Below, in pieces: positions 1 to 10,365 of a stretch of 40,534 nt of DNA. Source of the stretch: Cytophagales bacterium (GTDB taxonomy: Bacteria > Bacteroidota > Bacteroidia > Cytophagales > UBA9547). Positions within the stretch are counted from its first letter, which is position 1. Every line of letters begins with the position of its first letter. The notes under the pieces were generated by a model. The model was not told where the DNA came from. It saw only the letters and a list, made by a program, of their open reading frames with translations, and made no database searches. The stretch lies in NCBI GenBank assembly GCA_014376535.1, contig JACMRH010000519.1:1-40534 (forward strand), given 5' to 3'. The position numbers and the translations under genes were made by a program.

Positions 1-25
1 GGATAATTAAAAACGAAAATTTAAA

Positions 26-217
26 ATGGCACATCCCAAGCATAGAACCTCTAAAGCAAAAAGAGATAAAAGAAGGAGCCATCACAAAATAGCTGATAAA
101 GCTATTGCGATATGTCCAACAACAGGTATGCCACATCTTTATCACAGAGCACACTGGCACGAAGGCAAACTTTACTACAAAGGCAAAGTAGTAATTGACA
201 AAACGCCTACAGTTTAA
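26..217 (+). CDS. rpmF: 50S ribosomal protein L32
   Basis: [20 protein letters not shown]-terminus typical of bL32; first gene of the canonical rpmF-plsX-fabH cluster. Confidence 0.97.
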   Translation: MAHPKHRTSKAKRDKRRSHHKIADKAIAICPTTGMPHLYHRAHWHEGKLYYKGKVVIDKTPTV

Positions 218-229
218 CCTGGTCAATTC

Positions 230-1180
230 ATGAGAATTGCAGTAGATGCGATGGGAGGGGACAATGCTCCCGACCTCGTTATTGAAGGTGCTATTTTAGC
301 TAGTAAAGAATTAGCCTCAGATACTAAACTTATTCTTATTGGTGATGAAATTATTATCACATCAATATTGAATAGAAATGGAGGCAAACCTTCTAATATT
401 GAAGTTGTACATGCTTCAGAAGTAGTTGGTATGGATGAACATCCAACCAAGGCTATTTCACAAAAAAAGGATTCAAGCATTATAGTAGGTTATCAGCTAC
501 TTGCTTCTAAGCAAGCAGATTTATTCTGCAGTGCCGGGAATACCGGCGCAATGCTTGTTGGTGCCATGTTTACTATTAAACCTATAGAGGGCGTGTTGCG
601 TCCGGGAATTGCCGGATTTATTCCTCAGGTTTCAGGTAGATATGGTATTTTGATGGATGTAGGAGCAAATACGGACTGTAAACCAGAAGCTCTTGTTCAG
701 TTTGCTGAAATGGCAAGTATTTTTGCTACGGACCTGTATCAAATAGAAAAACCGAGAGTTGGTTTGATCAATGTAGGAGAAGAAGAGCAAAAAGGTTCAT
801 TGTTAACCCAGGCTACCTATCAATTACTAAAAGTTAACCCTAATATAAATTTTGTCGGAAATCTTGAAGGAAGGGATATATACAATGATAAAGTTGATGT
901 AATGGTTTGTGATGGTTTTGTAGGAAATGTTATCCTAAAAGCGTCAGAAGGCCTTTATCCTTTGTTAAAACAAAGAAATTTTACCGATTCCTTTATTGAT
1001 ATGTTCCATTGGGAAACAGTTGGAGGAAGTCCTATTTTAGGTGTTAATGGAGATGTTGTAATTGGGCATGGTTCATCTGGCCTGATGGCTATTAAAAATA
1101 TGATTTTGCTTTCCCAAAGCCTTGCAAAATCTGAAATATCCAAAAAAATCAAAAACGCTTACAGTAAAGTAAGTTCTTAG
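230..1180 (+). CDS. plsX: Phosphate acyltransferase PlsX
   Basis: [40 protein letters not shown] motifs. Confidence 0.97.
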   Translation: MRIAVDAMGGDNAPDLVIEGAILASKELASDTKLILIGDEIIITSILNRNGGKPSNIEVVHASEVVGMDEHPTKAISQKKDSSIIVGYQLLASKQADLFCSAGNTGAMLVGAMFTIKPIEGVLRPGIAGFIPQVSGRYGILMDVGANTDCKPEALVQFAEMASIFATDLYQIEKPRVGLINVGEEEQKGSLLTQATYQLLKVNPNINFVGNLEGRDIYNDKVDVMVCDGFVGNVILKASEGLYPLLKQRNFTDSFIDMFHWETVGGSPILGVNGDVVIGHGSSGLMAIKNMILLSQSLAKSEISKKIKNAYSKVSS

Positions 1181-1188
1181 CTAAGCTA

Positions 1189-2187
1189 ATGTTAAAAAAA
1201 ACCCGAGCTGCCATTACAGGAGTTGGAGGCCATGTCCCTGACTATATTCTCACAAATAAAGAACTTGAGAAAATGGTTGACACTAATGACGAGTGGATTA
1301 CATCTCGCACAGGTGTTAAAGAAAGACATATTTTAAAAGGTGAAGGACAGGGAACATCTCACATGGGTGAAAAAGCTGTTAGAGATCTTTTGAGAAAAAC
1401 TAATACTGACCCATTGGAAGTAGACATGATTTTATGTGCTACTGCTACACCTGATTATATTTTTCCTGCAACTGCCAACCTTATTTGCGATATGGTGGGT
1501 GCTAAAAATGCTTTTAGTTTCGATTTGCAAGCTGCTTGCTCTGGATTTCTTTACGGTTTAGTAACAGCTCAACAATTTATTGAAACTGGGAAATACAAAA
1601 AAGTTATAGTTGTCGGAGCCGATAAGATGTCTTCTATAATTGATTATACAGATCGCAAAACATGTATTATTTTTGGTGACGGCGCTGCAGCGGTAATGCT
1701 TGAACCAGATGATTCAGGCAATGGTATTCAGGACAGTATATTAAGAACAGATGGCTCTGGTCTTCCATATCTTCATTTAAAAGCTGGTGGAAGCAGAAGA
1801 CCTGCTTCGTTAGAAACTATACAAAACAGAGAACATTACGTTTTTCAGGAAGGTGCAACAGTATTTAAATTTGCTGTTACCAATATGGCAGGTGTTGCTG
1901 CAGAAATAATGGAAAGAAATAATCTTACTTCTGACGATGTGGCATATCTAGTTCCTCACCAGGCGAATAAAAGAATTATCGATGCTACTGCCGAAAGAAT
2001 GGGAGTTGGTGGCGATAAGGTTTTGGTAAATATAGAAAAATACGGAAATACAACCGCTGCCACTATTCCACTTGTATTGTGGGATTTTGAAAAAAACTTT
2101 AAAAAAGGCGATAATATAATTTTAGCTGCATTTGGCGGAGGATTCACTTGGGGTTCCTGTTATTTAAAATGGGCTTATAATTCTTAA
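1189..2187 (+). CDS. fabH: 3-oxoacyl-ACP synthase III
   Basis: [18 protein letters not shown] (catalytic Cys), PHQANKRII (His), YGNT (Asn), FGGGFTWG. Confidence 0.98.
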   Translation: MLKKTRAAITGVGGHVPDYILTNKELEKMVDTNDEWITSRTGVKERHILKGEGQGTSHMGEKAVRDLLRKTNTDPLEVDMILCATATPDYIFPATANLICDMVGAKNAFSFDLQAACSGFLYGLVTAQQFIETGKYKKVIVVGADKMSSIIDYTDRKTCIIFGDGAAAVMLEPDDSGNGIQDSILRTDGSGLPYLHLKAGGSRRPASLETIQNREHYVFQEGATVFKFAVTNMAGVAAEIMERNNLTSDDVAYLVPHQANKRIIDATAERMGVGGDKVLVNIEKYGNTTAATIPLVLWDFEKNFKKGDNIILAAFGGGFTWGSCYLKWAYNS

Positions 2188-2191
2188 AGAA

Positions 2192-2755
2192 ATGGCTTCT
2201 ACAGCAGATTTTAAAACCGGATTGTGCTTGAACTTTAAAAATGACCTTTTTACTATAGTTGACTTCCAACACGTAAAACCAGGCAAAGGACCAGCGTTTG
2301 TAAGAAGCAAACTGAAAAGTTTAACTACTGGAAGAGTTATTGAAAACACCTTTACTGCTGGGGAGAAAGTAGATACTGCCAGGATAGAAACCCGTCCCCA
2401 CCAATACTTGTTCAAAGAAGAAAGCGGCTATACTTTTATGGATAGCGAAAATTTTGAACAAGTCACTATTCCTTCAAAACTAGTATCTGGTTTTGAGTTT
2501 ATGAAAGAAGGCCAGGAAGTCACAATTCTTTTTCATGCTGAAACAGAAAAGGCCTTGTCATGTGAATTGCCACCTTTTGTTCCATTGCAGGTAACATATA
2601 CCGAACCTGCTGTCAAAGGAAATACTTCTTCTAATGCTATGAAATCAGCAACTCTTGAAACTGGTGCTGTAATAAATGTTCCCATGTTTATTGAACAGGA
2701 TGAGTGGATTAGGGTTGATACCAGAGATGGTACTTATTATGAGAGAGTAAAATAA
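2192..2755 (+). CDS. efp: Elongation factor P
   Basis: QHVKPGKGPAFVR loop, KGNT, ATLETGA, VDTRDGTYYERV; 187 aa. Confidence 0.98.
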   Translation: MASTADFKTGLCLNFKNDLFTIVDFQHVKPGKGPAFVRSKLKSLTTGRVIENTFTAGEKVDTARIETRPHQYLFKEESGYTFMDSENFEQVTIPSKLVSGFEFMKEGQEVTILFHAETEKALSCELPPFVPLQVTYTEPAVKGNTSSNAMKSATLETGAVINVPMFIEQDEWIRVDTRDGTYYERVK

Positions 2756-2848
2756 AAGTGGTTTTCTCATTTTTTTCTAATAAACTTGAAGATTCTATAA
2801 GAAGCAAATAAAATTTGATTGACTTTAATGGCGTAGCCTGACAATATT

Positions 2849-3337
2849 ATGAAACCAAAGGAAATTCAAGACCTTCTTGACTTTATTGCAAAATCTGGAT
2901 TAGCAGAAGTCAGTATTGAAACAGAACAGTGTAAAATAGCAGTTAAAAGAGATTCTACCCAAGGTCAAGCATTTCCGCAAGTGCATATGACACACCAGGT
3001 TCAAAATTCTGCAACAGCTCATACTCATTCATTGCCGGTACATCTGCCTACAAATGTAAAGGAAGATGAGGCCGTTTCTGTTTCCTCCGAAAGTTCTTAT
3101 CTTACCATAAAATCTCCAATGATCGGAACATTTTACCGATCATCAAGCCCAGATTCTGATAATTTTGCTAACATTGGAGATACAATAAGTAAAGGGCAAA
3201 CAGTTTGTATCATAGAAGCAATGAAACTGTTTAATGAAATAGAAACTGAAATAACAGGAAGAATTGTAAAGATCCTGGTTGAGAATGCTACCCCTGTTGA
3301 ATATGACCAACCACTATTCCTGGTTGATCCATCTTAG
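2849..3337 (+). CDS. accB: Acetyl-CoA carboxylase biotin carboxyl carrier protein
   Basis: SPMIGTFYR and [11 protein letters not shown] biotinylation motif; precedes accC. Confidence 0.97.
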   Translation: MKPKEIQDLLDFIAKSGLAEVSIETEQCKIAVKRDSTQGQAFPQVHMTHQVQNSATAHTHSLPVHLPTNVKEDEAVSVSSESSYLTIKSPMIGTFYRSSSPDSDNFANIGDTISKGQTVCIIEAMKLFNEIETEITGRIVKILVENATPVEYDQPLFLVDPS

Positions 3338-3385
3338 GGCAAATTTTTAAAAAATTTATTCATTATTTAATCAATCACTAAGCTC

Positions 3386-4735
3386 GTGTTTAAGAAAGTA
3401 TTGATTGCAAACAGGGGAGAAATTGCTTTAAGAGTAATAAGAGCCTGTAAAGAAATGGGAATCAAAACTGTAGCGGTATATTCTACAGCTGACAAGGCAA
3501 GTTTGCATGTTAAATTTGCAGATGAAGCAGTTTGTATAGGCCCCCCTTTAAGTTCTTTATCTTATCTAAGTATACCGAATATAATTGCTGCAGCCGAAAT
3601 AACAAACGCTGACGCAATACATCCAGGATATGGTTTTCTTTCTGAAAACGCTGAATTTTCAAAAATTTGTCAGGATTATAAAATTAAGTTTATTGGTCCT
3701 ACTCCAGAAATGATTAATGCTATGGGTGATAAAGCCACCGCTAAAGCATACATGAAAAAAGCTGGAGTGCCAACAGTACCAGGATCTGTTGGATTGGTAG
3801 AAAATATAAAGGAAGGAAAAAAAATTGCAAAAGATATAGGGTATCCGGTTATTCTCAAAGCTACTGCTGGTGGTGGTGGTAAAGGAATGAGAATTATTAA
3901 TGAAGATGCAGAGTTTGAAAAGGCATGGAATGATGCAAAGCAAGAAGCAAGTGCTTCATTTTCAAACGACGGTGTTTATCTTGAAAAATTTGTTGTTGAG
4001 CCTCGACATATTGAAATTCAAATTTTTGGTGATAAACATGGAAATGTTGTGCATCTTTCAGAAAGAGATTGTAGTATTCAAAGACGACATCAGAAATTAG
4101 TAGAGGAAGCACCTTCCCCAATTATGACTGATAAACTTCGAAAAGAAATGGGTGAAGCCGCTATTAAAGGGGCTAAGGCCATCAAATATGAAGGTGCCGG
4201 TACAATAGAATTCCTTGTTGATAAATTTGGAAAGTTCTATTTTATGGAAATGAATACCAGAATACAGGTTGAACACCCTGTTACAGAGGATGTTACTGAT
4301 ACTGATCTGGTCAAACAGCAAATTCGTGTCGCTGCAGGCGAAAAACTTTCATTTGGGAATTTAATTCCAAAACGTTGTTCGATGGAGGTTAGAATAAATG
4401 CTGAAGATCCAGGAAATGGCTTCAGGCCTTCAGCTGGCAAAATCACTCAACTTCATTTTCCTGGAGGAAAAGGTGTACGGGTAGATTCACATATTTATGA
4501 TGGATATACAATTCCTCCAAACTATGATTCTATGGTAGCAAAACTTATTGTGACAGGGGAATCAAGGGAGGAAGTTTTAAACCGAATGAAGAGAGCTTTA
4601 CAGGAATTTGTTATTGAAGGTATAAAAACTACCATCCCATTTCATTTAAAATTGATGGATGATGCGGGTTTTAGATCAGGAAACTTTACAACAAAATATC
4701 TTGAGTCATTCGACTTTACAAGCTTGAAAGCTTGA
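3386..4735 (+). CDS. accC: Acetyl-CoA carboxylase biotin carboxylase (GTG start)
   Basis: [55 protein letters not shown]. Confidence 0.98.
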   Translation: MFKKVLIANRGEIALRVIRACKEMGIKTVAVYSTADKASLHVKFADEAVCIGPPLSSLSYLSIPNIIAAAEITNADAIHPGYGFLSENAEFSKICQDYKIKFIGPTPEMINAMGDKATAKAYMKKAGVPTVPGSVGLVENIKEGKKIAKDIGYPVILKATAGGGGKGMRIINEDAEFEKAWNDAKQEASASFSNDGVYLEKFVVEPRHIEIQIFGDKHGNVVHLSERDCSIQRRHQKLVEEAPSPIMTDKLRKEMGEAAIKGAKAIKYEGAGTIEFLVDKFGKFYFMEMNTRIQVEHPVTEDVTDTDLVKQQIRVAAGEKLSFGNLIPKRCSMEVRINAEDPGNGFRPSAGKITQLHFPGGKGVRVDSHIYDGYTIPPNYDSMVAKLIVTGESREEVLNRMKRALQEFVIEGIKTTIPFHLKLMDDAGFRSGNFTTKYLESFDFTSLKA

Positions 4736-4788
4736 TGGTATGAATTGAAATTGTTTTAGTTAATTGCATTTGATCAAGATATATCCAC

Positions 4789-5406
4789 GTGGATAAAATA
4801 AAATTAGAAATATTAGGATTATCATCCAGCCAGTCTCAGACAGGATCATTCGCATTAGTTCTAGGTGAAGAAGGTGGAAACCGACGTTTGCCAATCATTA
4901 TTGGAATGTTTGAAGCTCAAGCCATTGCCATAGAAATTGAGAAGATCATCCCTAACAGGCCGATGACTCACGATTTGTTTAAGTCATTTTCAGCTAATTT
5001 CAATTTTTATGTTGAGGAGGTTTTAATATCTGATTTGAAAGAAGGAGTTTTTTATGCTAAAATTCACTGCTCTGATGGTAGAACTCATGTTGAAATTGAT
5101 GCGAGGCCATCTGATGCTATTGCAATTGGATTAAGATTTAATGTTCCCATTTTTACTGTAGAATCAATTATGTCAGAGGCTGGTATATTATTGTCTGATA
5201 TATCTCCAGAAGAAACTACATCTGAATTACCTGCTGAAAAAAAGAGTCGCAAACCTACAAAGCAAGCAAAGTCTCCTGTAGAAAAACCCGATAATGTTAA
5301 AAACCTAAGCAGTGAACAACTTAAAACTATGTTAGAAGATGCTTTAAGAAATGAGGACTATGAGAACGCTGCTAAAATCCGGGATGAATTGAATAAAAGG
5401 AATTAA
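4789..5406 (+). CDS. Bifunctional nuclease family protein (DUF151) with C-terminal UVR domain (GTG start)
   Basis: LPIIIGMFEAQAIA, RPMTHDL, DARPSDAIA; C-terminal EDYENAAKIRDEL UVR motif. Confidence 0.9.
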   Translation: MDKIKLEILGLSSSQSQTGSFALVLGEEGGNRRLPIIIGMFEAQAIAIEIEKIIPNRPMTHDLFKSFSANFNFYVEEVLISDLKEGVFYAKIHCSDGRTHVEIDARPSDAIAIGLRFNVPIFTVESIMSEAGILLSDISPEETTSELPAEKKSRKPTKQAKSPVEKPDNVKNLSSEQLKTMLEDALRNEDYENAAKIRDELNKRN

Positions 5407-5423
5407 AATAACAGAATTTATAT

Positions 5424-5462
5424 AAACAAGAAAGCCTCCAAAAAATGGAGGCTTTCTTGTTT
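5424..5462. terminator. Bidirectional intrinsic terminator
   Basis: Perfect inverted repeat AAACAAGAAAGCCTCCA-aaaaa-TGGAGGCTTTCTTGTTT between convergent genes. Confidence 0.9.
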
Positions 5463-5476
5463 AAAATTGAATCCGG

Positions 5477-6370
5477 TTATTCAACAATAAATGTTGAATT
5501 ATCCTTATTTAAATATGAAGTTTGTAAGGTTTCTGGACCAAGGATAAAATCCAGCAGATCCTGATTCAATCGATCTTTGTGTGTGTAAAACAAACCGTGT
5601 GGAGCACCTTCATAAACTAAGTACTGGCAATTAGGAATTAATTTAGAAGTTCTGGCACTGCTAGCATCGATTGGAACAATTTTATCTGCATCACCATGAA
5701 TGATTAATGTTTCCACATTTATAGCTGGCAAATCCTTTCTAAAATCTGTATTTGCAAACGCCATTGCTGCTTGTTTTGTAGCATTAGGTGATGCAACGGC
5801 CGCAAGATTTGTAAAATATTGCAAATAAGAATTACTAACTGGATGGTTGATTAAGTTTACTCCAAAAAACTGTTTTCCAAAGTTTTCAAGGAAGCCTATT
5901 CTATCTTCATTAATAGCTTCCAGCATTTTTTGGAATACTTCAGAATCAACTCCTTCTGGATTATCTTCTGTTTTAAGCATAAAAGGAAGAACGGTACTTA
6001 TTAAGACAACTTTGGACACTCTTGATGATCCGAAACGACTTAAATACCTTGCAACTTCACCCCCACCCATTGAAAAACCTATTAAAACAGCATCTTGTAG
6101 ATCCAATTGTGTCATTAATGCATCAAGATCTTCAGCGAACGCATCATAGTTGTAGAGTCCCCAAGGCTTGCTTGATTTGCCAAAACCTCTACGATCGTAT
6201 TTTACCACACGTAAACCATTGTTTACCAAATCTTCAATTTGATATTCCCACATTTCTTTGCTTGAAGGCCATCCGTGTATTAATACAACAGGACGTCCTT
6301 TACCATAAGATTTAAAAGACAATTTAATTTCTTCTCCTGTAGAGAGATCATTACTTTGGATAAATTCCAT
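5477..6370 (-). CDS. Alpha/beta hydrolase, non-heme haloperoxidase/arylesterase type
   Basis: VLIHGWP, YDRRGFGKS, GFSMGG nucleophile elbow, HGDAD, GAPHG catalytic His. Confidence 0.92.
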   Translation of the reverse strand: MEFIQSNDLSTGEEIKLSFKSYGKGRPVVLIHGWPSSKEMWEYQIEDLVNNGLRVVKYDRRGFGKSSKPWGLYNYDAFAEDLDALMTQLDLQDAVLIGFSMGGGEVARYLSRFGSSRVSKVVLISTVLPFMLKTEDNPEGVDSEVFQKMLEAINEDRIGFLENFGKQFFGVNLINHPVSNSYLQYFTNLAAVASPNATKQAAMAFANTDFRKDLPAINVETLIIHGDADKIVPIDASSARTSKLIPNCQYLVYEGAPHGLFYTHKDRLNQDLLDFILGPETLQTSYLNKDNSTFIVE

Positions 6371-6510
6371 GTTAATATATTAGGTATAAGTTTTAGAAGA
6401 CTTATTACTGACAGAAAAATCATGCCGTTTAAATGTATTAACCTGGGTTGCTAATTGTTTTAAACAATTAGATTTTAGAATCTTGAATGTTTTGTAATGA
6501 AATGTTTTTT

Positions 6511-6549
6511 AACAAAAAAGAAAAGACTAATATGAGGCCTTCTCTTGTT
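6511..6549 (-). terminator. Probable intrinsic terminator of the beta-barrel gene
   Basis: Minus strand reads AGAGAAGGC-loop-GUCUUUUCU (two G-U pairs) followed by a U tract, about 30 nt after the stop at 6579. Confidence 0.55.
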
Positions 6550-6578
6550 AAAGAAAAATGATAAGTTAAAATTTAATC

Positions 6579-7265
6579 CTACTCTTCCTTTTTGAAAAAC
6601 TTATATGTTAAACCAGTAGTGAATAATGCTCCTCCTAAACCCAAATCTACATTAGCACCCAGGTTTTCGTTAAAAAATATTCTCATACCAAAACCAGCTC
6701 TCAAACCGATTGGAATAAAATTTTCAGATCCACCATTGCTGTAACTCCCATTATTATAAGAAGAGTATGAATTAGTAGATGAATAGGTATGGGTGTAGTT
6801 AACATATCCAAAGCCTACGTGAACGTAAGGATCTACTTTTGAACTACTACCCAAATGAACAATAAACCTTCCTAAAGCGGTTATCCTCGCTAAGGATTCA
6901 TTTACATCATATTTATTTTGAATAGTTGTTCCGGGAGCATAACCATCGTTATAGTAATATTGACCAAGATATAAATTTTCAGTTCTGGTTCCACTTAGGG
7001 CAGTTTTAACATACCAAAGGTCTAAACCAAAACCAATCCGCCTTGCTATAAGGTATTCAATTCTACCTCCTATAAAACCTGTGGACTTAATATTAAACTT
7101 ATTTGACCCATTTGAAGGATAATTATTCCTAAACTCATATTTGTAAAACCAATCAGGAAATCCATAATATACATCAACGAAAACATCCCCAGCTTTAGTT
7201 TGGCTAAAAGTATTATTGGCAGATAAGAGGAATAAGGTTGCGGATAATAATATGAGTTTTTTCAC
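6579..7265 (-). CDS. Outer-membrane beta-barrel protein
   Basis: Probable GTG start at 7265 gives signal peptide (M)KKLILLSATLFLLSANNTFS-Q; alternating beta-strand pattern (DPYVHVGFGY, GLRAGFGMRIFF, GLTYKF). The ORF track start at 7346 is probably too long. Confidence 0.75.
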   Translation of the reverse strand: MKKLILLSATLFLLSANNTFSQTKAGDVFVDVYYGFPDWFYKYEFRNNYPSNGSNKFNIKSTGFIGGRIEYLIARRIGFGLDLWYVKTALSGTRTENLYLGQYYYNDGYAPGTTIQNKYDVNESLARITALGRFIVHLGSSSKVDPYVHVGFGYVNYTHTYSSTNSYSSYNNGSYSNGGSENFIPIGLRAGFGMRIFFNENLGANVDLGLGGALFTTGLTYKFFKKEE

Positions 7266-7357
7266 GTAATGTAGTTTATGTGCAATATTATAAAGAAGTA
7301 TGATTAAGGTGTAATTATAATTCAATGAAATATAATCTAGGATCAATTATTATCCAT

Positions 7358-9787
7358 TTAATTTTTGTGATACCTATCAAACAGATCTAAAGCAATATTC
7401 ATTTTACCATCTTTCTCCCGTGCCCTTAAACGGAGATTTCCGTGTTGAATGTCTTTAATTTTAACATATTCGCTGTTTTGGTCTTTGAGGTTAGATAATG
7501 GTATTTGAATACTTAAATCTGTTTTGTGCTTAAAACTAAAGATGCCTTCCAGATAAAGACTTAATACAGTGGAACTCACAACCATTTTTTCAATATAAAG
7601 CTCCTCTCCTTCCAGAACAAAAATGTTATTAATTTCGTCAAAATGTATATGCATCATGTCCCGGTTCTTGAATACCAAATCACCTACTTTTTTTAAAGGT
7701 TCAAAGTTTTTTAACTGCCCTTGTGTTAATAACATACTCATTTTACCTTTAATTGTTCTCTGAATTGGCTCAAAGGATCTATTCGTTTGACAGTTAATAT
7801 TCACCTTTGCATCAATTAATCCAGCCAGGTTTTCATTAGTGAGTGAATTTTGTCCAAAATTGTTAAAACCATAAAAAAGTTTTGATGCATCAATATTTTT
7901 CAAATTGGCTTCTATTTTTACTTTACCTGAGTCGTTATCCTGAAAAATATAGGCCCCATTCATGGTAATTATTCCTTTTGTAGGCATAGATAATTTCCAA
8001 TTATTAAGAGATATGGCATCATTGGATATTCCAACATTGCCTTTAATTTCGTTTGTTATCAGCTTTTTATACTCGAATTGCTTTAGATAAACATCAAAAT
8101 CCATTTCCATTTTACTCATTATTTTATGCAGATGCCCCATAAAAGGCTTTGATGCATTCTTTTTAGAGTCTAATTTTTTATGTTCACTTTTAACAAGAAG
8201 TTTATTTAAATTAAAATAGGGAGAGGTTATATTCAGCTTTGCCTTTATATTATTTTCAGGAAAAAGAAGGTATGATACCATGTTATTTAATTCTCCTCCA
8301 ATGTGAACCTGATTATCATTGATCTTACAGGATAAATCTTTAACATTGACATTAGTATTGAGGAAATTTAAATCCCCATTAATATCTGAAAGGACAAGCT
8401 GTTTTTTTACAATGTCCATTTTCCCGTCATTAATTTTTAATCCAGCATTTATATATCCTTTCATCATAATAGGATCAGGAATGTTTTTTAAGGATATTGG
8501 GCCTTTTTGGGCAAGATTAAATGAAAAGGTACCATTAGAAAACTTATACACAGCGGTATCTAAATAGTGGTGAAAAGCCTTTAAAGGCCCGCTAACAACT
8601 GCATTGATATTTGTTTCTGGCACATTAAGGTTCTGAAGATTCCCGACCACTTTAAAATTTATTTCTTTATAATAAAAATCTGATGAGTTGATATTCAGAA
8701 TGGAATTTTCATCACTTGAGAGTTGTAAAGTATCAATGTGATTATTAAATTCTCCGTTTAGTTTTACATTATCAAGAAAATAATCAATTAACCTTACCCT
8801 ACTATTGTCAATCTGAAAATTAACTTTTGCAAAAGGTTGTACTCCTGGCTTTGTATCCAGAACCAAATGAACCTGAGCATTTAGGCCCTGGTCGACATGA
8901 AACTGATTGAGCACCTTTTGTAAATGTGTGTTTAATAAAGAGATTGCTTTACTGTAATCAGTGTTTGAAGTATTGATGTCAAGGTAAATAAGAGGCAATT
9001 TTTGGTTCAATCTGGATTTACCTGATACTTCGTAAAGCTGGCCCTGAGTACTTATAGTTGAAGGCAACAAAGTCAACAAGCTATCAGCTTGATTGTAGGT
9101 AAGGTTTAAGCTTAATTGTAACTCTTTGTTTTGAAGGAATGGTCCTTTTAGATTATTGAACAATAGGCCTTCAGAAAAAATCTGACCGTTTATATGGCAG
9201 GTCATTTCTTTATCAGATTTCTTTACGCTTATAAGTATATCATTACAAGCAAGTTGAATGCGCTTTTTTTTCTTATCATCTAAGTATACTAATGATACTT
9301 TTTTGAATATTATCTTTTTTAGGTTAAAATCCATCAGTGAAGATTTCACACTTCTTGTTGTGTCCGATTTTAATGTTTTCCGTGAGAACACTGATAAGTT
9401 TGAATACCCTAAAGAATCTTTAAAAATGTTAAAGTTGGCATTTTGGAGAATTATACTTTTTACATCAAGTTCTTTCTTCAACAATTTCAAAAGATGTATT
9501 TGCAAATAAACCTTTTCAGCTTTGATTACTTCATTGTTATAAACTGAGTCTTTTATTGTAAGTCCGATTAAAGTGACAGATACAGAAGGAAATTCCCGGA
9601 ATATGGTGAAACTTATATTATCTAAATGGGCGCTTCCAGCTATTCCATTATCAATTTCTGTATTGAAATAAGCAAGGATGTCTTTCTTATAAACACTTGC
9701 AACAGAGTATGATATAATGAGGAGACTTATTAGAAATAAGAAAATCCAGGAAAAAAGTTTAAAAATAAAAATAGTAGATCTTTTCAT
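7358..9787 (-). CDS. AsmA-like family protein
   Basis: N-terminal TM anchor, FREFPSVSV, long beta-rich body, C-terminal NFGQ..LT..NLAG, L.NFEPL, DLSIQIPL as in Bacteroidota AsmA-like proteins. Confidence 0.8.
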   Translation of the reverse strand: MKRSTIFIFKLFSWIFLFLISLLIISYSVASVYKKDILAYFNTEIDNGIAGSAHLDNISFTIFREFPSVSVTLIGLTIKDSVYNNEVIKAEKVYLQIHLLKLLKKELDVKSIILQNANFNIFKDSLGYSNLSVFSRKTLKSDTTRSVKSSLMDFNLKKIIFKKVSLVYLDDKKKKRIQLACNDILISVKKSDKEMTCHINGQIFSEGLLFNNLKGPFLQNKELQLSLNLTYNQADSLLTLLPSTISTQGQLYEVSGKSRLNQKLPLIYLDINTSNTDYSKAISLLNTHLQKVLNQFHVDQGLNAQVHLVLDTKPGVQPFAKVNFQIDNSRVRLIDYFLDNVKLNGEFNNHIDTLQLSSDENSILNINSSDFYYKEINFKVVGNLQNLNVPETNINAVVSGPLKAFHHYLDTAVYKFSNGTFSFNLAQKGPISLKNIPDPIMMKGYINAGLKINDGKMDIVKKQLVLSDINGDLNFLNTNVNVKDLSCKINDNQVHIGGELNNMVSYLLFPENNIKAKLNITSPYFNLNKLLVKSEHKKLDSKKNASKPFMGHLHKIMSKMEMDFDVYLKQFEYKKLITNEIKGNVGISNDAISLNNWKLSMPTKGIITMNGAYIFQDNDSGKVKIEANLKNIDASKLFYGFNNFGQNSLTNENLAGLIDAKVNINCQTNRSFEPIQRTIKGKMSMLLTQGQLKNFEPLKKVGDLVFKNRDMMHIHFDEINNIFVLEGEELYIEKMVVSSTVLSLYLEGIFSFKHKTDLSIQIPLSNLKDQNSEYVKIKDIQHGNLRLRAREKDGKMNIALDLFDRYHKN

Positions 9788-9921
9788 TGGTATTGAGTGT
9801 TAAAAAATAAAGCCATGAAAAAAACCGGCATTATATATTAAAAGAGACGTCAAGGCATTTCAAATTATTACAGAATTTAATTTCAAAAAATCATGATAAA
9901 ACATTATTTTCAAAATTTAAT

Positions 9922-9950
9922 TTTGTTTACAAACAATTTACGTATATTTG
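9922..9950 (+). promoter_or_regulatory. Bacteroidota sigma-A type promoter
   Basis: TTTG at 9922-9925 (-33) and TATATTTG at 9943-9950 (matches TAnnTTTG -7 element); spacer 17 nt, slightly short. Confidence 0.7.
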
Positions 9951-9953
9951 TGC

Positions 9954-10040
9954 ATGTTCAATCCCGAACACATATCGACACCTCTCAGGCTTTTACAAAG
10001 CCTAATTCCTGCATCGGATTCCTGTTGTTGTTGCTGCTAA
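9954..10040 (+). CDS. Poly-cysteine leader peptide (28 aa), putative attenuator sORF; absent from the ORF track
   Basis: Manual translation: MFNPEHISTPLRLLQSLIPASDSCCCCC*; ends TGT TGT TGT TGC TGC TAA; ATG lies 3 nt after the -7 promoter element; upstream of tRNA-Cys. Confidence 0.8.
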   Translation: MFNPEHISTPLRLLQSLIPASDSCCCCC

Positions 10041-10088
10041 TTTCCTATCCAGCTTCATTTTCATTTCTTTAATTTAAACTTCTTCGCT

Positions 10089-10358
10089 ATGAACAAGTCC
10101 GGAATCAAATTAACAAGTTTCAAAAATTTCCTAAATAAATATTTTATTTATCACTCAGATGGTATTGTTTTAAACACATATATCGATGTATTATCAGATT
10201 TCTCTGACCCTAGAGTCTCTTTCCTTGAATTGAATATTGAAAATGGCAACAATCGAAAAGATTGGCTTCACTACAGCTATTATCCTTATTTAGGAACCAG
10301 TTTAAATTTAAAAATTAAGGAAGAAAATACAACGTTTGGTTATTTGTATAATAACTAA
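10089..10358 (+). CDS. Hypothetical 89-aa protein between the poly-Cys leader and tRNA-Cys
   Basis: Open ATG..TAA frame filling the leader-tRNA gap; no family recognised; no Cys and no internal Met. Confidence 0.45.
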   Translation: MNKSGIKLTSFKNFLNKYFIYHSDGIVLNTYIDVLSDFSDPRVSFLELNIENGNNRKDWLHYSYYPYLGTSLNLKIKEENTTFGYLYNN

Positions 10359-10365
10359 ACTATTT

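Noticed and set aside
6725-6800. Tyr/Ser/Asn-rich stretch in the beta-barrel protein
   Set aside because: Low-complexity surface loop with no DNA-level tandem periodicity.
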